Positions 55,346 through 64,000 of a DNA stretch of 64,000 bases are shown in pieces. The position numbers and the translations under genes were made by a program. The stretch comes from Hyaloraphidium curvatum SAG 235-1 (taxonomy: Eukaryota; Fungi; Monoblepharomycota): contig JAIVFI010000004.1 of the NCBI GenBank assembly GCA_025558095.1, forward strand, positions 372,001 to 436,000, written 5' to 3'. The stretch's first letter is position 1; each line of letters starts with the position of its first letter. Below the pieces are notes generated by a model. The model was not told where the DNA came from. It did not search any database and saw only the letters and a list, made by a program, of their open reading frames with translations.

Positions 55346-56299
55346 TTACAGCACTGGAGACATGCCTCCGTCGAGATTGACCGCGACGCCGGTGACGTAG
55401 CTCGAGGATGGCCCCAGCAAGTAGACGATCGCGTCCGCCGCCTCCTCGGACTCCCCCACCCGCCCGAGCGGGATGTTGGCCGTCTTGGCGAACCCAGCAG
55501 ACCATTCCTCGTAGCTCTTTCCGCTACCAGCGGCCATCCGCTCCACCTGCGCCGATCTCACGAGCCCGATGCAGACCGCGTTCACGCGGATGCCGTGAGG
55601 CCCGAGATCGCGCGAGAGGGCCTTCGTGAGCGCCAGACCCGCCGCGCGGGAGACCGAGGTCGGCACGGAGGATGCGCCGGGGGCTTTGCCGGCGATGGCA
55701 AGCACAGAGACGATAGATGCGCCCTTGGCCTTCTTCAGGTGCGGCAGGGCGGCGCGGGTGCACCTGATCGCGGCCTTGACCTGCAGGAACGAACCCCGTG
55801 AGCATGCTGCCGAAGCTGCACACAATGTTTCCTACCTTAAGATCGAGGTCGTCATCCCATTGCTCGTCCGTCACACTCTCGAAAGGCCGGGCAGCCGACG
55901 TGCCCGCATTGCTGCGAACCAGGGCATAGTCGCGCAGACCGTCACCCAACTGCCCCTCGCGCCGCAAATGCAACGCCCCAGCTCACTTGACGAGGTACGT
56001 AATCCCGCCGAACCTGGCCACCGTCTCCGCCACGGCCCGCTCGCACTCGTCCTTCCTCCGCACGTCCGCCTGGACCTGCAGCGCGTCCTTCCCGGTCTTG
56101 GACTTGATCAGCGCCGCGGCCTTTTCCAGCTTCTCCTTGGTCCGGCCCGCGATGGCGACTTCGGCGCCCTGCGACGCGAGCTTCACCGCGGTCGCGAGGC
56201 CGATTCCTGGGGGGCGATTCCGGGTGTTGGCGGCGGGGGAAACGCGACGGCGGCCGGCACACCTTCGGAGCCGCCGGTGATGAGCGCGACGATGGCCAT
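55346..56299 (-). CDS. Short-chain dehydrogenase/reductase, multi-exon
   Basis: ITGGSEG/IG, NAG, SRAAGLALTK, GIRVNAV, IPLGRVG and SYVTG..NLDGG. Confidence 0.9.
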
Positions 56300-56537
56300 C
56301 GTTGCGGGAATGGAGGGCGATTGGGGGCGGGGACGGGGCGCGGAGTTTTCAGTTGGGAGACGCTGTTGCGCGATCCGACGATCCGATCACGTCAGTCATC
56401 GAAGTGTGGTACAGGGGCAGTCTGGCGGGCATGATGCACGTCGTGAAGTGGGCGTCGGCAGATCTGCGACGGACCGAATCGATTGGTAGCGCGATACCAG
56501 CTTCATAGATTGATGCCATCGGGCCACCCTACCCTCG

Positions 56538-58194
56538 TCAGCTGAACGCCTCAATCACGCTCACCGCCGTCCCCGCGACGGCCACAAACAGGCCGAAAAC
56601 CAGCACCAACCAGGCGAAACCGAGGTCGTACCAAGGTGCCTTCCCTCCAAACATCCGCAGGTAGCACGCCGCCGGAAACACGATGCTCACCCCCGACGAG
56701 AGCAGCGAGCCCATGAGCGCCAGCACGGCCTCGAAGCGCGGGAACAGCAGCGAGATGAGCAGCGCGAGGAGGGAGAGGAAGGTCTTTACGGCGGGCTTGA
56801 GCCACCCGGGGGGCGGGACGGGCTGCGCGAGGGGGGCTTCGACGACGTCGTCGGTGGGGAGGGGGGTGCGCGCGGGGGAGGGGGGCGCGGAGAGGGTGGC
56901 GTGGCTGGGGCCGCGGCGGATGCGGGTGGCGGCGGGGGAGGAGGGGGGTTTGGTAGCGGAGGAGGACGAGGACCAGATGGAGAGGCTGATGGTGTACGAG
57001 ACCGGTTCCATGAGGAGGGCGAACTGCAAAGCGGGTGTGAGCTCAATCAGGGGAATGGAGGCGTCGGAGAGGCTCACCTTGGTGACGGGAATAAACACCA
57101 TGAGCCTGCGGGTCGACGAACTGTGAGCAAATGTAGCCCGTGGAATGAACGTGCACACAAACCAGGTGATGATGGTGTTGAGCAGCACGTTGTGCTCCAG
57201 CGGCAGCAGGTTCTTTGTGATCTCGTTGGACGTGTCCTCCCCGAACATCAGGTACCCGCTGCCGTCCGCGCGTCAGCAGCGATCGACCCCCAGCCCGCGC
57301 AGCGGCCACCCACGTGACGGCCATGGTCGCGTACACCGCGGCCACGATCCCGAAGCTGAGGTCCAGCACCCTCCCCACCCTCTCCCTCCCCCGCATCGCG
57401 AGGTATATGCCCGGGTACACGGCGTGCCCGCTCAGGCAGCTGATCAGGATGCCGACGACGAGCGTGAGCCTGTACGGCGTCGTCCACAGCTCCGTCGGCA
57501 TGGGGTCCAGCAGCGACCCCGGGCTCTCGCTCTTGGTGAGCCCGTCGAACACCACGGCGGAAACGAGCGTCAGGGAGCCCAGCATCCCAAACAGGCTCGT
57601 GTAGGACAGGTACGCGAGGTTGAGGAAGGTCGAGGCGTACATGACCGCCCCGACGAGCAGCTTGGCGTGCAGCGCCGGGACGCCGGGGTACAGCTGCGAG
57701 AGGTTGTCCGCGGCGACGATGAGGATGGCGACGTCGGCGACGTAGAGCTCCGTGACGAAGAGGATCGAGATGAGCGCGCGGGCGGCGGTGCCCCCGAACG
57801 CCGCGTCGGCGAGGTCCGGGAAGGAGGTGGGGACGAACGCGTGGCCGCCGTCGGCGAGGCAGCGGCAGACCATCCTCGCGGTGCGGTTCATGACGAGCAC
57901 GCAGAGCGCCAGGGCGGGGAGGCCGAATGCCCAGCCGGCCTGGCGCAGGCAGTACGGGATCGAGAGCAGGCCGAGGCCGACGATCAGGTTCACGACGTTG
58001 AACGTCGTCTGCGGGAAGGAGCACGTGCCGACGATGCCCGAGGCGGCGGGCTTGGCCTTGCCGGGGAGCAGCGCGGCCGTCTCGTCCGGCGCGTCCGCCT
58101 CGTCGTACACGGACACCTCCTCGTCCAGCGAGTCGTTGGACGCGGCGGGGACCGCGCTGACGACCACGCGGACTTCCCCCCGTTGCGACGCCAT
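56538..58194 (-). CDS. Vacuolar amino acid transporter (Aa_trans, AVT1-like), multi-exon
   Basis: QTTFNVVNLIVGLGLLSIPY..AGW, SGHAVYPGIY..M, MFGEDT and multiple TM helices. Confidence 0.9.
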
Positions 58195-58613
58195 TTTCCG
58201 GGGGTCCGACCGGGAGACGCGCAACGCGTTGTCGTGACTGGAGCTGATATAGCGGAGGAGCGGAGTCTACCGAGCACGCAATCACATCCAATCACGGCCG
58301 GTCGAGATCGCAAGACGGACCTGGAACTTACTTGATAGTTCGTGATGTATCATTCAGCACCTAGAACGGGAAGCTGGGACACCGTGGCAGGTCGGGGGCT
58401 GGGGTGACCAGGCAGGCGTTGCGTGGCCACGCGACAGCCGCCGCCCAGCCGCCGCGACGGATGCAATTCAAGATGAGCTAGTTGGTCGCATGCATTGCAG
58501 CTGGAATTCTCTGCGGATGGGCTGGAAAGGCGTGGGGGATGGAAGCGCCTCCCGGAGCGCTCGAGCCCGGCCCTGACTCTCAAGCCTCTCAACGGAACCG
58601 ACAAACACGCGCA

Positions 58614-60725
58614 ATGGACGGTCCGCCCGGGTCCGCGAGCCCAGTCGCCGTGCCGCCGCGCCGCAAGGGCAAGGAGGTCTTACGCGGCCGCGGCGCGCCG
58701 CCGGTCGATGCGCTGCGTGCGGCGCTGGCCGACTTCTTCCCGGGCGCGCCCGGCGGGGCCGGCGAGGGCGCCCCTTCGGCCCCCCCGCGCGACGGGACGG
58801 GCGTCCCCGAGCGCGAGCGCGCGTCGCTTTCCACGCTGCCGACGGAGCTCGTCGTGCTGATTGTGGAGCGCGCGGGCGGCGGCCAGCGCGAGCTGCACGC
58901 GCTGTCGCTCACCTGCCGCCGCCTGCGCGCCGTGGCGGTCCCGCTGCTGTACGCCGCGCCGCTCGTGCGCTCGACGTTCCAGTGGGCGCAGCTGGTCGTC
59001 TCGCTCAGGCGGGACCCCGCGCTGGCCGGCCTCGTGCGCCACCTCGACCTGTCGTCGATCGAATCCGGCAAGCACAGCCAGCCGGGCAGGCCGCGCCCGC
59101 CGCTCGGCGCCGCCGACATCGACGACCTGGCCGTGCCCGGCTGGATCCCGCCTGGCCTCGCGGCGCCGTGGAACGCGAACCTGCCCGGCACGCTGCACGC
59201 AAACCTGAATGGCACGCTGCACGCAAATGCGCCGCACGCAAACGCGCCGCACGCAAACGCGCCGCACGCAAACATGCCCAGGCCCGCCGCTGTGCTCGCG
59301 CACCACGCCGTCCCCGCCGTCGCGCTGCAGGCCCCCGCACCCGCGCACCCCCACGCGCACGCTGCGGAGCCCGCGGGCCCCCCGCGCCCGCCGCCGCCCT
59401 CGTCGGCGCTCACCTACCGCCTCAACTTTGCGCGCTCGTACGCCAGCGCGAGCAGCTCCCCGCCCAAGCAGCTGGGCAGCTCGCCGTCGCGCCCCGCCGC
59501 GTCTTCGTCGGGTCTCGCCGGCTTCTTCAACAACCGCGGACACGACGGCTCCTCGGCCGCCGGCGCCTCCTCGTCTGCCGGCCCTTCGTCGTCCGCAAGC
59601 GCCTCTTGGCGCTCCTCGCGCACGCACGCGCACCCGCCGCGCGCGGACCCCTCGGACCGCGACGCCGCCGACGCCGCCATCGCGCGCGCCGTCGCCCTCG
59701 GCTTCGAGTTCGAGGAGCTCGTCAACCTGCGCTCGGGCGCCGCGGGTCGGTTCCCTGGCGGCGGGCCGAGGAGGAGCGTGTCGTTCCGCTACGGGGGGAG
59801 GGAGCAGGGCAGGCCCGGCAGGCCGTCGGCGGCGGACCTCGCGTTCGCGGTCGACCTCGAGTCCGATTCCGAGAACGAATTGTCGCTCTCCGATGACGAG
59901 TGGGTGCACATTGATCTTCCCGCCTGCGTTCAAGTTGCTCATTGCCTGCACCTTAGGAGGTCGCCGCCGCGCGCTCTGCGCTCCGCACGCCAGGGTGCCG
60001 CCTCGTCGCAGCCGTCATCGCAGCCGTCGTCGCAGCCCGCTCCGGCGGCCAACGGCGACGCCCCGAGGCGCGCGCACCAGTGGACCGACGGTCCGCGGCC
60101 TCGGCAGCCGTACTTTGCCGGCGCGAGGAGGCCGCCGCACACGTACCTCTCCATCTCGGCGTCGAGCCTCGTCGAGCTCGCCAAGCGCGCGTCGGAGCTG
60201 CGCACGCTCAACCTGTCGTACTCGTCCATGGTCCCGGACAGTGGGTTTTCCGCCGCCGAACGCGCGCAGCGCTTGTCGTCTCACGCCCCGCGCCCCGCAG
60301 CCTACCTCGTCGAAACCGACGAATACGTCTCGCAGATGCAGTATTCCCCCCACAGCTACCTCACCCGCGTCCCCGTGACGGTGCACGACGCCTTCCTCGC
60401 CCTGGCCGAGAACTGCCCCCGCCTCGAGGCGCTCAGCCTGCGCGGGTGCGAGTTCGCGACCGACGCGCTGGTGCGCGCGCTGCTCGCCGCCGCGGGGGCG
60501 CTGCGGTACCTCGATCTGACGGGGTGCAGCAGGGTGTCGACGGGGGCGCAGCTGGTGTGGGAGGTGAAGGAGGGCGCGGAGGCGGCGGACAGGGGGGCCA
60601 GGAGGCGGGACGGCGGGGAAGGGGGGAAGGATGGGGACGACGCGGATTCGGATAGGGAAGGGGAGGGCAAGCCGAGCCCGCTTTGGGATGCGGTGCTGCC
60701 CAAGCTGGCCGGAGGCGCGCCGTGA
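58614..60725 (+). CDS. F-box protein with C-terminal LRRs and low-complexity insert
   Basis: LSTLPTELVVLIV..LSLTCRRL..VAVPLLY, LRTLNLSYS, CPRLEALSLRGC and LRYLDLTGC. Two probable in-frame introns. Confidence 0.8.
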   Translation: MDGPPGSASPVAVPPRRKGKEVLRGRGAPPVDALRAALADFFPGAPGGAGEGAPSAPPRDGTGVPERERASLSTLPTELVVLIVERAGGGQRELHALSLTCRRLRAVAVPLLYAAPLVRSTFQWAQLVVSLRRDPALAGLVRHLDLSSIESGKHSQPGRPRPPLGAADIDDLAVPGWIPPGLAAPWNANLPGTLHANLNGTLHANAPHANAPHANAPHANMPRPAAVLAHHAVPAVALQAPAPAHPHAHAAEPAGPPRPPPPSSALTYRLNFARSYASASSSPPKQLGSSPSRPAASSSGLAGFFNNRGHDGSSAAGASSSAGPSSSASASWRSSRTHAHPPRADPSDRDAADAAIARAVALGFEFEELVNLRSGAAGRFPGGGPRRSVSFRYGGREQGRPGRPSAADLAFAVDLESDSENELSLSDDEWVHIDLPACVQVAHCLHLRRSPPRALRSARQGAASSQPSSQPSSQPAPAANGDAPRRAHQWTDGPRPRQPYFAGARRPPHTYLSISASSLVELAKRASELRTLNLSYSSMVPDSGFSAAERAQRLSSHAPRPAAYLVETDEYVSQMQYSPHSYLTRVPVTVHDAFLALAENCPRLEALSLRGCEFATDALVRALLAAAGALRYLDLTGCSRVSTGAQLVWEVKEGAEAADRGARRRDGGEGGKDGDDADSDREGEGKPSPLWDAVLPKLAGGAP
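59219..59273 (+). repeat. 15-bp coding tandem repeat (HANAP x3)
   Basis: GCACGCAAA[T/C]GCGCC repeated three times plus a partial copy, inside the F-box gene. Confidence 0.85.
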
Positions 60726-61289
60726 TCATGCGTGGGATCCCAAGACAACCTCTTGGTGTACCATTGGTTATCATTTCTTGAACGGCCCGTGCTGTACATG
60801 CGCGATGGATGCCCGAAATGATCGGACGTGGTGGGATCGGATGATGGCGGGGAGCTGGGTGCCAGCTTCCATGCCTTTCGAACAGTACGTGGCAGAGTTT
60901 GAAACCTTTGCTCCAGATAAGCAACGAGGGACATGCTTTTGCAGACGTGCTATGTGCATTGATGGCACCAATAGAGCGCTCGACTTGACAGAATGGGTCC
61001 CATCGTGTCTTTCCGATCGTAAGCCGGGGGACATCTAAGCAACAATGCGCGCACACACAAAGCATCTTCTTCAAAGACCACAGCATCTCCGGACTGGCGT
61101 GCGAGGTCCTGTGTAGCAGAGCGGAAAGTCTCTGGACTGATGCCGCATGCCGGCCAGCTGGGCGAGGAGGAGCTCGGACGACTCCGACTCAACATCGGAG
61201 CAGTGTGCCGGATCCATCATGTTGCTGGCTGTGAGCCCGCAATCGACTGAACGTGGGCCTGCGAGTCGTTGCAATGCAGCTCCGGCCGG

Positions 61290-62819
61290 CTAGCAGTACA
61301 ACCTCTCCTCCCGCACCACGTGCCCCACGGCCTCTCGCACCGCCTCGTCCCAGTCCTCCTTCTCCAGGGTCACGCTCCCATCCCGCGAGGCGTACATCCC
61401 GGTCCTGTAGTGCCGCGATCCCGTCCCCTCGGCCAGCTGCCCGAACCAGAACGCCTCGTCTCCTGCCACGCTCCACCCCTTCACCGGATCCCCGGGCTTC
61501 CATTCCGGGCGCTGTATCTTCATCAGCCTAGGCACGGAGATCTCGAGGAGGACGGAGCCGGGGGGGAGGAACAGGCCCCAAGAGAGGCCGGCGCCGTGGA
61601 CGCCGGCGAGGATGCGGGTGCGGAAGGCGGCGCGGAGCTGCTCCGCGGGCGGGTGCGGCGCGTCGAAGGAGGCGAGGGCGGGGACGACGCGGGCGCCGTG
61701 GAGGCGTTCCAGCTCCGGGTTGAGCTCCGAGATCCAGCGCAGGGCCTGGTCCGGGTTGGTGAGGTTGCGGTCCGTGCTGCGGCCGGTGCGGAGGACGAGC
61801 AGGAGCGGGATCAGGCTCCGGTGGCAGGGGTAGCGAAAGGGCGGGGAGAAGGGCGACAGCGGTGGGGAGTCGAACGGGGTGTCTGCCGGGAGCGAAGCCG
61901 GGGGCCCGGGGAGCAGGCGGAACGGCGTGCGGAAGGTTGGGTGCAGGGCCACACGGCCGGGGGGGAAGAGGTGCGCGGGGAAGGGGCCGTCGCCAAAGAC
62001 CAGGGAGCGATAGTGCGCGACCAGCATCGCGTTGCGGTAGGCGACAAAGTCGGCGGGGAAGCGGGTGTTCCACTTGCGCATGGTCAGGAAGACGCCCCAC
62101 ACCGATCGCGCGAAGCAGGCCGGTGCGGCGGGCACATGCGGCGGCACGAAGCGTCGAATGCCGGTCTTGTTGGAGAACTGCTCGTCGACGAGGATGTTCT
62201 TTTGCGGGTCGCGCACCACGGCCGAGAAGAGGAAGCTCATCTGGCCGAACCAGTTGCCGCGCAGGGCGCCCTGGACGCGGTTCAGCATGTGCACGCGCAG
62301 GTCGCGGGGCGCGGCCGGCAGCGGCGTGCCGGGCAGCAGCTCACGCACGGTGCTGTGCAGCGCGACTGCGGCCAGCATGGTGTGGAACGCGTTCTGCAGC
62401 ACGGTGGCCTCTGCCACGGCGAGGGCGGGCAGCATCTCCGGCGCCGCCCCGCGATCGGCGGCGGGCGCCGCGCCGGCGAACTCAAAGAACGGGCCGATCG
62501 GGCCGCGGCCGCCCATTTCGCCGCAGAGCCGCGCGAACGACGGGTTGCGCGCGCCCCACGGCGGCGGCGCCTCCCGGGGAAACACCGTCCGCGGCCGCGT
62601 CGACACCGCGTCGGGCGGCGGCGCGACCGGCCGGCCGCGCGGCGTCGCGATGCAAACGCCGTCGAACCGCAGCGGCGGCTCGCACGGCGCGGCCGCCCAC
62701 GCGCGGCGCATCCGCGGGAACTCCGCGGCGGGCGCCCCCGGGGGCGGCCCGCGCAGCAGCAGCCACGCCGCGCACATCGCGGCCACTGCGAGCAGCGCAC
62801 ACCCCCGCCGGGGGCCCAT
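61290..62819 (-). CDS. Glycosyltransferase family 61 (DUF563) protein
   Basis: N-terminal signal anchor, NAFHTM, R....DRNLTN and ILAGVHGAGLSWGLFLPPGSVLLEI. Confidence 0.8.
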   Translation of the reverse strand: MGPRRGCALLAVAAMCAAWLLLRGPPPGAPAAEFPRMRRAWAAAPCEPPLRFDGVCIATPRGRPVAPPPDAVSTRPRTVFPREAPPPWGARNPSFARLCGEMGGRGPIGPFFEFAGAAPAADRGAAPEMLPALAVAEATVLQNAFHTMLAAVALHSTVRELLPGTPLPAAPRDLRVHMLNRVQGALRGNWFGQMSFLFSAVVRDPQKNILVDEQFSNKTGIRRFVPPHVPAAPACFARSVWGVFLTMRKWNTRFPADFVAYRNAMLVAHYRSLVFGDGPFPAHLFPPGRVALHPTFRTPFRLLPGPPASLPADTPFDSPPLSPFSPPFRYPCHRSLIPLLLVLRTGRSTDRNLTNPDQALRWISELNPELERLHGARVVPALASFDAPHPPAEQLRAAFRTRILAGVHGAGLSWGLFLPPGSVLLEISVPRLMKIQRPEWKPGDPVKGWSVAGDEAFWFGQLAEGTGSRHYRTGMYASRDGSVTLEKEDWDEAVREAVGHVVREERLYC

Positions 62820-62877
62820 GGACCGGGGCAGGGACGCTCCGGTGCATATGGATTTGGAGAGCCTGGCTTCCACGATA

Positions 62878-64000
62878 TCACGTCGACACCCATTTGTGCT
62901 TCACCCCGATCTTGAAGTGCTCCGGCTCGCCGTACGGCTTCACGGTCACCTTTGGCAGCCGCTTGTCCGCAGGGACATAGTGGCCGTACTCGGAGTTGGT
63001 CGCCTCGAGTTCCGCGCGCACGAGCCGCGCGATCGTCCCCTCGAGCTCCGCGACCGTGCCGGAGGCCATGCCGGCGAGGTCCTCCCGCGCGTCCAGCTCC
63101 ACCACCACGCTGAGCACGGGATCCTCGGAGGAGTCGAGCGCGGTGCCCAGGACGAATTTGCCCGTAACCCTGTGAGCGATCTCCGGGTTCTCCAGGCCCG
63201 GCCTGTCCGGAACGTCGCGCCACCGTCAGCACGAAAGCACCGCGACTCAGGAAAGCGGGTACGCACATCACCTGGTCCACGAACACGTTGGCACCGTAGA
63301 GCGAAACGGCCCAGAACGCACGACCAAAGCACCACACGAAAGGCATCCTCCTCTCTGCCCTGGCAGCGTCGGCACACCACGCAACGGCCTCCGGCAGGGG
63401 ATCGTGCCCGTTTTCGCGGCAGAAGGCGAGCACCTCCTCAAAGGAGCGGATCCCGCCGGCGTCGCCGATGTTGTACTTTACCAGCGGCGCAAGGAGGCCC
63501 AGAGCATACCTGCCCAGCGTCGGGTCGGCATACCGGGCGGGGGCGAGGGTGGAAAAGGCAAGGGTGCCGCCGGGCGTGAGCTCCATCATGCGCTGGCAGG
63601 GATCGAATTGCATGAGGCTGGGGAGGCGGTCCCGGCCAAAGAGGGCGCGGGCAAGTTCGGGACGGGAGGCGAGGAAGCGGCGAACAGAGGTCGACAGGGG
63701 CGTCTCGCAGGCGAGGACGCCGGCATCCGCGGTGCCGTAGATCGAGACGATGTGGCAGGCTGCACGGATGTCAGAATCCCCTCGATCGATAGGCACATCA
63801 CTGCACAGAACTCACGAGACTTGATGCCGGTCCGTTCCATCAGGAGGTTGCGCCAGGTTTCGCTGAATACCTCGCCAGCAAACACGCAGCGCAGGTTGTA
63901 CTCCTTCCACGGCACACCCATCCGTATCCCAGCGTCCACGCACGTCTTGAAAAAGGGAGGGTACGAGAGCACGACCACCGCCTGGTAAAGCGGCGCGAGC
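62878..64000 (-). CDS. Phenylacetate-CoA ligase family (ANL) protein, partial (5' end outside window)
   Basis: YPPFFK, VFAGEVFSETWR, SIYGTADAG, PLVKYNIGDAG and FGRA..AVSLYGANV. Confidence 0.85.

Noticed and set aside
60726-61289. Short ORFs between the F-box and GT61 genes
   Set aside because: No motifs or convincing splice model. Treated as intergenic or UTR.

Overview
GC-rich eukaryotic genomic DNA with many short (about 47-75 nt) spliceosomal introns. The gene content (fungal-type TF middle domain, CLF1, GCD1, AVT1-like transporter, Rieske sterol desaturase) suggests an early-diverging fungus; this is inference. About 1-18 kb is accessory and partly decayed: an intron-containing serine recombinase, a phage tail-collar protein, a truncated amidohydrolase, an AAA+ ATPase/coiled-coil cassette, and RING/kinase/SPRY debris. 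About 18-64 kb is mostly housekeeping and metabolic genes. The standout is an 8,633-bp TA-flanked IS630/Tc1-mariner-type transposon (37522-46154) inserted in the divergent promoter between arginyl-tRNA synthetase and a GNAT gene. Hand splicing joins its DDE transposase, zinc fingers and a Fanzor (eukaryotic TnpB, RNA-guided RuvC nuclease) into one gene of about 2,600 aa, with one unresolved frame break. A structured candidate omegaRNA lies at the element end. Also notable: an intron that is a near-perfect tandem copy of its neighbouring exon, and a hidden 85-aa four-exon repeat microprotein. All gene models were spliced by eye and no database searches were run.
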